From Calditrichia bacterium (lineage in GTDB: Bacteria; Calditrichota; Calditrichia; JAJRVZ01), in NCBI GenBank assembly GCA_963796965.1, contig CAWCNS010000007.1:832001-896000 (forward strand): DNA of 64,000 bases. The letters are read 5' to 3'. A model generated the notes under the pieces. The model was not told the origin of the DNA, searched no databases, and saw only the letters and a list, made by a program, of their open reading frames with translations. Position 1 is the first letter of the stretch; each line of letters starts with the position of its first letter. Both the position numbers and the translations under genes were made by a program. This document shows positions 31,278 to 40,553 of this stretch, one piece after another.

Positions 31278-32336
31278 TTAATCACGATCTATATTATTTA
31301 AGTACTTCAAAAGTATTTGGTTTTCATCCGGGGTACCAACAGTAATACGCAGGCAATTATTGCAATGCATTACCCCGGAGCGATCACGAACGATTATTCC
31401 TTTATCCAACAAGAGATTATAAATTACCTGCGCATTATCAAATTTAACCAGAATAAAATTCGATTCAGAGGGATAGACTTTCTGTACCCTGTTCAGCCTA
31501 CCCAACCCATCGATCAAAATTTTACGCTGCTCCAGCACCCTCTGTACATAGTTATTTTTCTTTTCGATATTATCCAAAGCCTCTAATACAGCATTTTGTG
31601 TTAAGACGCTGATATTATAAGGATATTTTATATTATTTAACACCTGAATGATCTCAGAATCTGCAAAAGCCATTCCCAATCGTAATCCGGCCATCCCCCA
31701 GGCCTTGGAAAAGGTTTGTAGAATTACCAGATTTTCGTATTGGTTTAATTCTGTCAAAAATCCCGGATCTTTAGAGAAATCGATATAGGCCTCATCAAGT
31801 ACAATAAGACCTTCAACCTTTCCTAATAATTTTTGAATTGATCCCCGATCTATAAGATTGGCTGATGGATTATTGGGCGAACAGATAATAATTAACTTGG
31901 TTTTATCAGATGATTCTCTTAAAACCCGACCTGTATCAATCTCAAAATCTTTCGTGAGTGGTATTTTATTAACATGAATATCATTTAAATTGGCACAAAC
32001 TTCATACATACCATAAGTTGGCGGCATGATAATCACTTCATCAATGCCTGGCCGGCAGAACGCCCTGAACAGTAAATCGATAGCCTCATCACTGCCATTT
32101 CCTAAAAATATTTGATTCTCCCTTATTCCTTTCAACACAGACAACTTTTTCTTTAAATCTGATTGATAGGGATCAGGATAGCGATTCGAGAGAACTTTAC
32201 TTACAGATCCAAAAGCATTCTCGTTGGCATCCAGAAACATGCCCTCCTTACCACTATATTCATCCCGCGCAGAACTGTAAGGCTTGAAATTACGGATATT
32301 GTCCCTTAGTAATTTTTTAAGATCCATTGTTCTCAT
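31278..32336 (-). CDS. hisC: Histidinol-phosphate aminotransferase
   Basis: LDANEN, NRYPDP, GNGSDE, DEAYIDF, TFSKAWGMAGLRLG. Confidence 0.96.
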   Translation of the reverse strand: MRTMDLKKLLRDNIRNFKPYSSARDEYSGKEGMFLDANENAFGSVSKVLSNRYPDPYQSDLKKKLSVLKGIRENQIFLGNGSDEAIDLLFRAFCRPGIDEVIIMPPTYGMYEVCANLNDIHVNKIPLTKDFEIDTGRVLRESSDKTKLIIICSPNNPSANLIDRGSIQKLLGKVEGLIVLDEAYIDFSKDPGFLTELNQYENLVILQTFSKAWGMAGLRLGMAFADSEIIQVLNNIKYPYNISVLTQNAVLEALDNIEKKNNYVQRVLEQRKILIDGLGRLNRVQKVYPSESNFILVKFDNAQVIYNLLLDKGIIVRDRSGVMHCNNCLRITVGTPDENQILLKYLNNIDRD

Positions 32337-33618
32337 TTTTCCATTCAGACAAACGTATGGAAACGGCCTGTTTATGTGCTCTCAACTCCTCTGCTTCAGC
32401 CATTGTTTCAATAGCTGAGCCAATTCCCGATAAGCCTTGAGGTGTTAATTTCTGAAAGGTTATTTTTTTAAGAAAACTTTCCACGGATACACCACTGAAG
32501 ATCCGTGCAAAACCATTGGTGGCTAAAACATGGTTTGTACCGGAAGCATAATCACCGGCCGATTCAGGTGAATAGGGTCCCACAAAGACGGATCCAGCAT
32601 TCACCACTTTTTCCACATCCTTATCCGGATTTTCTGTGACAATAATTAAATGCTCCGGTGCATAAGCATTTATAAGATCCATACCTTCAGATATATTATT
32701 TACGAGTATTAATCTGCTATGCTCTAAAGCCAATTTGGTGATTTGTTTGCGCGGTAGTTCATCCAGCTGGCGTCCCACGGCTGCTTGAACTTGATCTATC
32801 AGGCCTGGATCATCAGTAATTAAAATGACCTGACTATCGGGACCATGCTCTGCCTGCGAAAGCAGATCTGAGGCGATAAATTCTGAATTAGCACCTTTGC
32901 TAGCCAGGACAACTACTTCTGAGGGACCTGCAGGCATATCGATGGCCGTTCCATCCAGACTTACGCGCATCTTGGCAGCGGTAACATATTGGTTCCCGGG
33001 ACCAAAAATCTTATATGTTTTGGGAATAGTTTCAGTACCATAGGCCATAGCAGCAATGGCCTGGGCACCGCCTGCTTTGTAGACCTGTTTGACTCCTAAC
33101 CTGGCAGCAGAATAGAGAATGGCCGGATGGATATTGCCATTATCGTCTGGCGGGGTACATAAAACAATTTCTTTGCAACCAACAACTTTTGCCGGAACGG
33201 CTAACATGAGGACAGTGGAGAATAAGGGTGCACTCCCACCTGGTATATAGAGTCCCACTTTCTCAATGGCCACATTTTTACGCCAGCACCATACCCCGGG
33301 GTTCGTTTCAACTTTATCCTCTTCTACCAACTGGACCTGATGAAATGCCTCAATATTTTTAATGGCCATTTCAATAGATGTTTTAAGATCATCATTAACC
33401 AATTTATCAGCCTTATTAAAATCTTCGTCTGTTACAGCGATGCTCTCCAGATTTACCTTATCAAACAATTGTGCGTAGCGGATCAGGGCCCTATCACCTT
33501 CATCACGAACCGCTTGCATAATCGGCTTAATCTTAGCATCTATATCAGCCATGCCCTGCACCGGCCGACGGATAATCTCTGCCCAATCATCTCTGTTTGG
33601 ATATTTTATAACTTTCAT
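32317..33618 (-). CDS. hisD: Histidinol dehydrogenase
   Basis: GLYIPGG, GPGNQYV, AGPSE, SQAEHG, APEHL, GDYASGTNH. Confidence 0.97.
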   Translation of the reverse strand: MKVIKYPNRDDWAEIIRRPVQGMADIDAKIKPIMQAVRDEGDRALIRYAQLFDKVNLESIAVTDEDFNKADKLVNDDLKTSIEMAIKNIEAFHQVQLVEEDKVETNPGVWCWRKNVAIEKVGLYIPGGSAPLFSTVLMLAVPAKVVGCKEIVLCTPPDDNGNIHPAILYSAARLGVKQVYKAGGAQAIAAMAYGTETIPKTYKIFGPGNQYVTAAKMRVSLDGTAIDMPAGPSEVVVLASKGANSEFIASDLLSQAEHGPDSQVILITDDPGLIDQVQAAVGRQLDELPRKQITKLALEHSRLILVNNISEGMDLINAYAPEHLIIVTENPDKDVEKVVNAGSVFVGPYSPESAGDYASGTNHVLATNGFARIFSGVSVESFLKKITFQKLTPQGLSGIGSAIETMAEAEELRAHKQAVSIRLSEWKNENNGS

Positions 33619-33633
33619 TTCATTCCCAGATTA

Positions 33634-33737
33634 TTTCACGCAGCGTCGCGACGAATTTTATCCACTGATTTCACGAATTTTTATAAAACAATAGAAAACT
33701 TTGCGTCCTTTGCGCCTTCTCTGCGTCTTTGCGTTAA
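33634..33737. repeat. A+B composite element between hisG and hisD
   Basis: tttcacgcagcgtcgcgacg-ttttatccactgatttcacgaattt...ctttgcgtcctttgcgccttctctgcgtctttgcgtta; colinear with the reverse complement of 45899-46071. Confidence 0.85.
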
Positions 33738-33755
33738 AAAAACTAATCATTTATC

Positions 33756-34610
33756 TCAAACTATCATTTTCTCTATTGGTATCACTAAGATACCTTGAGC
33801 GCCGGCGGATTTTAGTTTTTCAATACTTTCCCAGAAATCATCTTCTTGAATAACAGAATGGACAGAAGACCATTCCTTCATAGCAATGGGCATTATTGTC
33901 GGACTTTTCATTCCTGGTAATATTCTACAAATTTCGTCAATTTTTTCATTAGGTGTATTGAGCAGAATGTATTTATATTTCCTTGCCTTTTTAACCGCGC
34001 CAATTCGAAATTTCAGTTTCTCCAGAATTTGTTTTTTCTCATCATTCAGATTGGAATTAGCCACCAGCACAGCCTCTGACTGTAAGACCGTTTCAACCTC
34101 TTTTAAACCATTGCTGAGCAAAGTGCTTCCTGTACTTACAATATCAAAAATAGCATCGGCCATTCCGATTCCCGGGGCAATCTCTACCGAACCGCTTATT
34201 AAATGGATTGATGCATTTACATTTTTTTCATCCAGAAAATCCTGAAGAATTTTTGGATAGGAGGTTGCAATACTCAATCCGTCAAGATCATTTACACTAT
34301 TATAGGTCATTTGTTTTGGTATGGCAATAGACATATGGCATTTGGCAAAACCGAGTCTTTGAACAATTTCAAGATTTCCACCCTTTTCCTTGAGGACATT
34401 TTCACCTACAATGCCGATATCGGCTGCCCCATCGGCGATACATTCCGGAATATCATCATCACGTAAATATAGGATTTGCATTGGAAAATTTGAAGCGTTG
34501 GCTTTTAATTTTTTCTCACTTCCATTTATAAATGATATCCCACAGTCTTTTAGAAGCTTATCAGTCTGGGAGTTTAATCGTCCGGATTTTTGTACGGCTA
34601 ACGTAATCAT
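33756..34610 (-). CDS. hisG: ATP phosphoribosyltransferase, long form (start adjusted to MITLAVQKSGRL)
   Basis: QKSGRL, RDDDIP, GSVEIAP, DIVSTGSTL, C-terminal regulatory domain. Confidence 0.97.
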   Translation of the reverse strand: MITLAVQKSGRLNSQTDKLLKDCGISFINGSEKKLKANASNFPMQILYLRDDDIPECIADGAADIGIVGENVLKEKGGNLEIVQRLGFAKCHMSIAIPKQMTYNSVNDLDGLSIATSYPKILQDFLDEKNVNASIHLISGSVEIAPGIGMADAIFDIVSTGSTLLSNGLKEVETVLQSEAVLVANSNLNDEKKQILEKLKFRIGAVKKARKYKYILLNTPNEKIDEICRILPGMKSPTIMPIAMKEWSSVHSVIQEDDFWESIEKLKSAGAQGILVIPIEKMIV

Positions 34611-34631
34611 TATATTTATACCCTTTATTAT

Positions 34632-34875
34632 TTTCAAGCAGCGACGCAACGCTGCAATAAACTTTAACCACTAATTACACTAATCTTAACGAATTTCACG
34701 AATTTCACGAATTTTTATAAAACCAATAAATTTTTCATAATCATCCTGAATTTATTTCAGGATCTAAAGATTTTTAATTAAGTTTAGATGCCGAAACAAG
34801 TTCGGCATGACTCCCGTGCGTTTTTTTTAATCCTATTTTATTTCACGCTGCGCCGTCGCGTCGCTGCGCGAGAAA
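34632..34875. repeat. Three-layer nested element in the hisG 5' leader
   Basis: Outer A arms gcagcgacgcaacg / cgtcgcgtcgctgc; B repeats ccactaattacactaat..acgaatttcacgaatttcacgaat; inner tcatcctgaatttatttcaggatct...agatgccgaaacaagttcggcatgac. Confidence 0.85.
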
Positions 34876-34899
34876 ACAAACTCACATAATAGTTAGATC

Positions 34900-34933
34900 A
34901 AAAAAAAAGCCCGGCTCTTTTGGAACCGGGCTT
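34900..34933 (-). terminator. his attenuator terminator
   Basis: Minus strand AAGCCCGGTTC-CAAAA-GAGCCGGGC followed by T9. Confidence 0.92.
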
Positions 34934-34952
34934 CTATCAAAATTATATTCTA

Positions 34953-35057
34953 TCACTTACAGCCATTTTGATACAACATCTCCGGTCCATCATATGCATG
35001 ATGCATGTGATGATGAATGCGGTGTGTTCCATGAGATGTCGTAGTTGTTAAATTCAT
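34953..35057 (-). CDS. hisL: his operon leader peptide MNLTTTTSHGTHRIHHHMHHAYDGPEMLYQNGCK*
   Basis: 7 His codons clustered just upstream of the terminator; leader GGACCGG can pair with CCGGTTCC of the terminator 5' arm. Confidence 0.9.
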   Translation of the reverse strand: MNLTTTTSHGTHRIHHHMHHAYDGPEMLYQNGCK

Positions 35058-35082
35058 TTTTAGAAAATTCTATTTTTTAAAG

Positions 35083-35150
35083 ACTGTATAAATATACAGT
35101 ATTGTGAATATTATGTCAAATATTGACAAAGCTTATTAGCTTTTTACATT
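35083..35150. promoter_or_regulatory. Back-to-back divergent sigma70 promoters for his and lysC
   Basis: Minus strand TTGACA(35119-35114)-17-TATATT(35096-35091); plus strand TTGACA(35123)-16-TACATT(35145); palindrome ACTGTATAAATATACAGT over the his -10. Confidence 0.7.
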
Positions 35151-35229
35151 ATTATTTCATAAATTTGAATTATATGGTTAGCACATTACGAATGTCAACA
35201 ATAATATTTATCAATACATTGAGTTACTT

Positions 35230-36609
35230 ATGATAATTATGAAATTTGGTGGAACATCGGTTAGAGATGCTAAAGCCCTAAAAAATGTCGTACAGATTAT
35301 CAAACAAAATCTCCCTCAAAAACCGATAGTAGTTGTATCAGCAATGGCTGGTATCACCAACCTGCTGGAGGAATCTGTTCAAATTGCTGTAAATCAGGAA
35401 TCACAACTCGTTAAGGAAGCAATCAACAAGATTGAATCGCATCATATGGTAGTAATTGAGGCGCTCTTTAATAAAGATGAAACCTACATGGCTCTTTCCA
35501 CATCAATTGCTCTTGAGATAAAGAAACTCAATTCCCTTTTATCCGCCACAGAAACGATTCGTGTTGAGAGTTCTGATCTCAACCATGCGGTCCTGTCCAT
35601 TGGAGAAATTTTATCCTCGCTCATTCTCACTGCCCTTCTGCAGCATGAACAGGTTGATGCGATCTATGTTGATGCGCGCGACATCATGATTACCACAAAT
35701 ATGAACAATCAAATTATTCCCGTTGTGGATCAGATCAGGAAAGAAGCTCAGAATCGTCTCTTACCTCTTATCGCCGACAATAAAACAATTGTTTCTCAGG
35801 GTTTTATTGCCGCAACTTCTGAAGGAGTACCAACCACCTTAGGGCGTAATGGCTCTGATTTCAGTGCTTCTCTTCTGGGTGCGGCCATCGATGCAAATGA
35901 GATTCAAATCTGGACAGATGTGGATGGTATTCTGACAGCAGATCCGACTATCATTCCCACAGCAAAAAAATTAGAATTTATGACATTTAATGAAGCCAGC
36001 GAGTTGGCCTATTTTGGCGCTCGTGTACTTTATCCTGCAGCAATACAACCGGCGGTGGAAAAGGGGATACCTGTACGTGTACTTAATTCGAATGACATGA
36101 ATTTTCCTGGCACTCTGATCTTAAAAGAGGCTGACTCGAAACAAACCAGATTAGTCAAATCAATTGCTTACAAAGAGAATATCACGCTTTTGACAATTAA
36201 ATCTTCTCAATTATTGATTTCTACCAAACTGCTGGGCGATTTCTTTCAGCATCTGGCTGAACATAATATGCGCGTTTATGCTATCTCCAAATCAGCCATC
36301 AAACTCTCTCTTACGCTTGAGCATACCAATCAATTAGATCATATTCTGGAAAAATTTAATTTAATCGGTCAGGTAACTGTGGAGCAACATAAGACAATTG
36401 TAAGTATTGTAGGCGAGAAGATGAAACGAAATCCAGAGATTACCGGTCAGATCCTGGCAATCTTGCGCAAAGATAACATCCACATCGATCTGATTTCTCA
36501 GTTCGCCTCTCAGATCAGTTTTATGTTTATTATAGACGACCGGGATATTGAGAGGACGATTACCCTGTTGCATAAGCATTATATTGAGGGAGTGGAGATT
36601 AGTAATTAG
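35230..36609 (+). CDS. lysC: Monofunctional aspartokinase
   Basis: MKFGGTSV, VVSAMAG, TTLGRNGSD, WTDVDG, ELAYFGA; two divergent ACT domains. Confidence 0.9.
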   Translation: MIIMKFGGTSVRDAKALKNVVQIIKQNLPQKPIVVVSAMAGITNLLEESVQIAVNQESQLVKEAINKIESHHMVVIEALFNKDETYMALSTSIALEIKKLNSLLSATETIRVESSDLNHAVLSIGEILSSLILTALLQHEQVDAIYVDARDIMITTNMNNQIIPVVDQIRKEAQNRLLPLIADNKTIVSQGFIAATSEGVPTTLGRNGSDFSASLLGAAIDANEIQIWTDVDGILTADPTIIPTAKKLEFMTFNEASELAYFGARVLYPAAIQPAVEKGIPVRVLNSNDMNFPGTLILKEADSKQTRLVKSIAYKENITLLTIKSSQLLISTKLLGDFFQHLAEHNMRVYAISKSAIKLSLTLEHTNQLDHILEKFNLIGQVTVEQHKTIVSIVGEKMKRNPEITGQILAILRKDNIHIDLISQFASQISFMFIIDDRDIERTITLLHKHYIEGVEISN

Positions 36610-36718
36610 GGATTTGGATTTAGGAATTTGGATACTGGATACTCCAAACCGGTTACTCGAAAAGTCACCAAACAGACAATAATCAGAAAACATTTTTAAG
36701 TCCTAATTCCCAATTACA
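36605..36718. repeat. Inverted degenerate heptamer tandem repeats
   Basis: aattagggatttggatttaggaatttggatactggatact ... tcctaattcccaattac. Confidence 0.55.
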
Positions 36719-36760
36719 AAGTACGAATATTTATAAAAACCACACACTTTTGAGGATAAC

Positions 36761-38086
36761 ATGTTTAAACTAAACACTCTTCTTTTCCTTATTCTATTCG
36801 TTCTGAGCAACCAATTATTGAGCCAATCCCAGGAGAATTGGCCGCATTGGCGAGGACCCAATCATAATGGAATTATTGAAACCTCCCGTCTTCCTCTGAC
36901 ATGGAGCAAATCGAAAAACATCGTATGGAAGACCAAATTACCTTCGTGGAGTGCCGCCACACCGATCATTTGGAAAGATATTGTCTTTATTACTTCACCA
37001 TCACGTTCTGATGAACCTTTGGAAACAACAAAGAAGGGACCACAGGATCCGGGAGGATCCGAACTACGCCTTTTGGCCATCTCAAAAAAGGATGGAAAAA
37101 TAGTATGGGAGAAAACTTTAGATACGAAGAATGAACTACACCGGAAACAAAATGATGCCACACCCTCCCCTGTTACAGACGGAAAACATATTTGGGTCGT
37201 AACCGGCACAGGTATCGTTACCGCTTTTGACATGAAGGGCAAGCAAATCTGGCTAAGAGATCTGCAACGTGAATATGGAGAGTTTGGTCAAAACTGGGGC
37301 TATGGTTCATCACCACTATTATATAAAGGGAATCTCATCATTGAAGTTCTTCATGGTTATAACACCGACGATCCTTCTTATATCATCTCTCTGGAGGCAA
37401 GTACCGGAAAAAACAATTGGCGACAGGAAAGACCCACAGATGCCATAAAAGAATCTCCTGATGCCTATACTACCCCTCTTCTCCTCACATACCAGGGTGA
37501 GACACAAATTGTTATTACGGGTGGAGATTATGTAACAGGTCATGATCCTCAAACGGGGAAAGAACTATGGCGTGCCGGTGGATTAAATCCGAAGAATAGT
37601 GAGTACTGGCGGATGGTTGGGTCAGCTGTTACCAAAAACGGTATCATATACGTTCCCACCCGCAAAAAACCTTTGTTCGCATTCCAGGCTGGTGGAAAAG
37701 GAGATATAACAAGCAGCCATTTACTTTGGAAATGGGATGCGAATGGCGCTCCTGATGTGCCCTCACCTATATGTGATGGTAATTACCTATATATGGTAGC
37801 GGATAATGGAAAAATAACCTGTCTGGAGGCGAAAACCGGAAAATTAATCTATGGACCGGAATCCATAACAAAGGGCATTGTCAGTGCCTCTCCGGTTCTT
37901 GCCGATGGTAAAATATATATCCTCAATGAAAATGGCGTAACCACCGTGGTTAAGGCAGGAAAGAACTTTGAACTTTTGGCTACGAACGAACTTGACGGAT
38001 CTTACACTTTATCTTCCCCCGCCTTATCTGGAAATCAGATCTTTATAAGAACAGCAACGCACTTGTATTGTATCGGGGAAAATTAA
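36761..38086 (+). CDS. Secreted PQQ-binding-like beta-propeller repeat protein
   Basis: Signal peptide; ENWPHWRGP, ATPSPVTDG, GYGSSPL, SASPVLADGKIY, SSPA motifs. Confidence 0.85.
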   Translation: MFKLNTLLFLILFVLSNQLLSQSQENWPHWRGPNHNGIIETSRLPLTWSKSKNIVWKTKLPSWSAATPIIWKDIVFITSPSRSDEPLETTKKGPQDPGGSELRLLAISKKDGKIVWEKTLDTKNELHRKQNDATPSPVTDGKHIWVVTGTGIVTAFDMKGKQIWLRDLQREYGEFGQNWGYGSSPLLYKGNLIIEVLHGYNTDDPSYIISLEASTGKNNWRQERPTDAIKESPDAYTTPLLLTYQGETQIVITGGDYVTGHDPQTGKELWRAGGLNPKNSEYWRMVGSAVTKNGIIYVPTRKKPLFAFQAGGKGDITSSHLLWKWDANGAPDVPSPICDGNYLYMVADNGKITCLEAKTGKLIYGPESITKGIVSASPVLADGKIYILNENGVTTVVKAGKNFELLATNELDGSYTLSSPALSGNQIFIRTATHLYCIGEN

Positions 38087-38237
38087 GTACTGGGTGCTAC
38101 TGGGTGCTGGATACTGGCCAATTCATGTAAGATTTGGTCCCGAGGTGCTTACAAGAAATAGGCATCTTTAATCAAGAATACCCGATACTGTGAATCGGAT
38201 AATTTAAAGTAAGCAGTGTGTAATCCTGAATCACCTC

Positions 38238-38280
38238 CCCCTTTAATCCCCCTCCCTATTAAGGAGGGGGATTAAAGGGG
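38238..38280. repeat. Perfect 18-bp GC-rich hairpin
   Basis: cccctttaatccccctcc-ctattaa-ggagggggattaaagggg. Confidence 0.85.
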
Positions 38281-38321
38281 TGGTATTTATATATCGATAT
38301 AATATCAACCCAACATTTTTT

Positions 38322-38349
38322 TTGACATTCTATTTTTTTTTCTTACCTT
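38322..38349 (+). promoter_or_regulatory. Sigma70 promoter of the trp operon
   Basis: TTGACA-16-TACCTT. The spacer contains a T homopolymer whose length may be miscalled. Confidence 0.65.
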
Positions 38350-38357
38350 TAAAGATC

Positions 38358-38450
38358 ATGAAGATGAAAACAGAAATATTAAACATTAAGTTTACCGTTT
38401 GGTCCAACTGGGCTTGGTGGCGTACTATATATATAAGAGATCATCGGTGA
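38358..38450 (+). CDS. trpL: trp operon leader peptide MKMKTEILNIKFTVWSNWAWWRTIYIRDHR*
   Basis: 4 Trp codons within 7 residues; CGGTGAA at the leader end pairs with TTCACCG inside the terminator region. Confidence 0.9.
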   Translation: MKMKTEILNIKFTVWSNWAWWRTIYIRDHR

Positions 38451-38478
38451 ATTAAACACATAAATAACAAGACTTTAT

Positions 38479-38512
38479 AAGCCCTTCTAGTGTTCACCGG
38501 AAGGGCTTTTTT
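38479..38512 (+). terminator. trp attenuator terminator
   Basis: AAGCCCTTC-N12-GAAGGGC followed by TTTTTT, just before the trpE AGGAG RBS. Confidence 0.9.
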
Positions 38513-38527
38513 CGTATCAGGAGCATT

Positions 38528-40006
38528 ATGGAACTCTCAAAATTCAAAGAACTTGCAAAATCTTATACCCGAATCCCGATTTATATGAAAGTAACGGCTG
38601 ATTTACTCACCCCTTTGCTCGCCTATCTGAAACTACGTGATAAAACCAATCACTGCTTCCTACTCGAATCAGTTGAAGGTATCGGCCGCCTGGCCCGGTA
38701 TTCATTCATTGGTGTCAACCCAACCCGTGTGATCATGAACCGGGGGATGGAAATCACAGTGAGGGAGAACGGACAGGAACAGAAAATAAATCAAAATCTT
38801 TTTTATTATCTCAAAGATGAGATGGCTAAGGTCAAAGAGCCTAAACTTGATGAACTTCCAAGTTTTACCGGCGGAATAGTTGGATATCTAGGCTACGAAA
38901 ATATTTCTCTGGTGGAAGATGTCGTCAAATTTGGTGCAAAGGATCATTTAGAAACCCCGGATTCAATCTTTGGTATCTATGACACCATCATCGCTTTCGA
39001 CCATTACAGACATCAAATAAGCCTCATTTCCAACGTTCAGATAGATCCTTCCACTGATATAGAAAAGCTCTTTATTCAAACCAAAAAAGAACTACATGCA
39101 CGCTGGAAACAACTTTTAGAACCTCTCGCGTATAAATCAGATTTTGAATTCCACCCTGAAAACACCAATGGTTCACAGGAGATTGATTTTATGGAGAATG
39201 TGCTTCATTCAAAAGATAATATCCATGAGGGTGATATTTTCCAGATAGTCCTTTCCCGCCGGTTCCAGGCAACCTACTCCGGGGATCTTCTAAATGTTTA
39301 CCGGGCACTCCGCATCATCAATCCCTCCCCGTATATGTATTTTATGGAATTAGAGGAGGACTTCACGATTATAGGAACATCACCTGAAGACTTGCTTAAC
39401 GTCAAAGACCGCAAGGCGGTCATTCTTCCAATAGCCGGTACACGTAAAAGAGGGAAAACACCGGAGGAGGACGAGGCATTAGAGAAGGATCTATTAGATG
39501 ACCCAAAAGAATTGGCAGAACACGTGATGCTGGTCGATCTGGCCCGGAATGATCTTGGCAGGATCAGTCAGTATGATAGTGTGCGGGTTATTGAAGATAT
39601 GAATGTTCAGCGATATTCCCATGTCATGCACCTGGTTTCCCGTGTAGAGGGAATCCTTGATGAAGATAAGGATTGTATAGATGCCCTGATGGCAGCCTTT
39701 CCGGCTGGAACTCTTACCGGTGCACCAAAAATAAAAGCCATGCAATTGATTGAAAAATATGAGACAATACGGCGGAATGTTTATGGTGGTGCAATTGGTT
39801 ATATTGATTTCAATGGTAACCTGGATATGTGTATTGCCATTCGGACACTCTTTGCAAAAAACGAAACCGTCTATTGGCAGGCCGGTGCGGGCATTGTTGC
39901 CGATAGTCAGCCTGAGCTGGAATTAAAGGAAATTGAAAACAAATCTGCCGTCTTGTTAAGCGCATTAAAATATGCAGAGGTAATAGATGAAGATATTAGT
40001 CGTTGA
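38528..40006 (+). CDS. trpE: Anthranilate synthase component I
   Basis: LLESVEG..RYSFIG, NPSPYM, PIAGTR, EHVMLVDLARND, FPAGTLTGAPK. Confidence 0.97.
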   Translation: MELSKFKELAKSYTRIPIYMKVTADLLTPLLAYLKLRDKTNHCFLLESVEGIGRLARYSFIGVNPTRVIMNRGMEITVRENGQEQKINQNLFYYLKDEMAKVKEPKLDELPSFTGGIVGYLGYENISLVEDVVKFGAKDHLETPDSIFGIYDTIIAFDHYRHQISLISNVQIDPSTDIEKLFIQTKKELHARWKQLLEPLAYKSDFEFHPENTNGSQEIDFMENVLHSKDNIHEGDIFQIVLSRRFQATYSGDLLNVYRALRIINPSPYMYFMELEEDFTIIGTSPEDLLNVKDRKAVILPIAGTRKRGKTPEEDEALEKDLLDDPKELAEHVMLVDLARNDLGRISQYDSVRVIEDMNVQRYSHVMHLVSRVEGILDEDKDCIDALMAAFPAGTLTGAPKIKAMQLIEKYETIRRNVYGGAIGYIDFNGNLDMCIAIRTLFAKNETVYWQAGAGIVADSQPELELKEIENKSAVLLSALKYAEVIDEDISR

Positions 40007-40553
40007 TAATTACGATTCTTTTACATACAATCTGGTACAGTTGGTTGGGAAGTTCACTTCAGAAATTAATGTTATCAGAAATGACCGCAGTTCACTTGCA
40101 GAAATTTTAGAATATGACCCGGATAAGATTATTATTTCTCCCGGACCGGGAAAAGCAGAAGATTCCAATATTTCTCTCGATGTAATCCGGGAATTGGGTA
40201 AAAGTAAACCGCTTCTCGGTGTATGCCTGGGGCATCAGGGTATCGGTCTCACATTTGGTGGTAAGGTTGTTTATGCCCCATCGTTGATGCATGGCAAAAG
40301 CTCCAAGATTCAACACGACGGTAAAGTTATCTATCGGGATCTACCCCAGGGCTTTGACGCTGCCCGCTACCATTCTCTTGTGATTGAGCGGGAATCATTA
40401 CCCGATTCACTTGAGATTACTGCCGAAACAGCAGATGGTATTATCATGGGTATTCGCCACAAAAAGTATTCCATTGAAGGAATTCAATATCACCCTGAAT
40501 CTGTTTTGACGGCAGAAGGAGAAAATCTAATAAAAAACTGGATGGCCCTATGA
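39987..40553 (+). CDS. trpG: Anthranilate synthase component II
   Basis: DNYDSFTYNL, SPGPG, GVCLGHQ, QYHPES. Confidence 0.95.
   Translation: MKILVVDNYDSFTYNLVQLVGKFTSEINVIRNDRSSLAEILEYDPDKIIISPGPGKAEDSNISLDVIRELGKSKPLLGVCLGHQGIGLTFGGKVVYAPSLMHGKSSKIQHDGKVIYRDLPQGFDAARYHSLVIERESLPDSLEITAETADGIIMGIRHKKYSIEGIQYHPESVLTAEGENLIKNWMAL

Noticed and set aside
38358..38450. Resemblance of the trp leader end (DHR*) to TnaC (DHRP*)
   Set aside because: It lacks the terminal Pro, and the Trp cluster plus intrinsic terminator already explain it as a classic attenuator.
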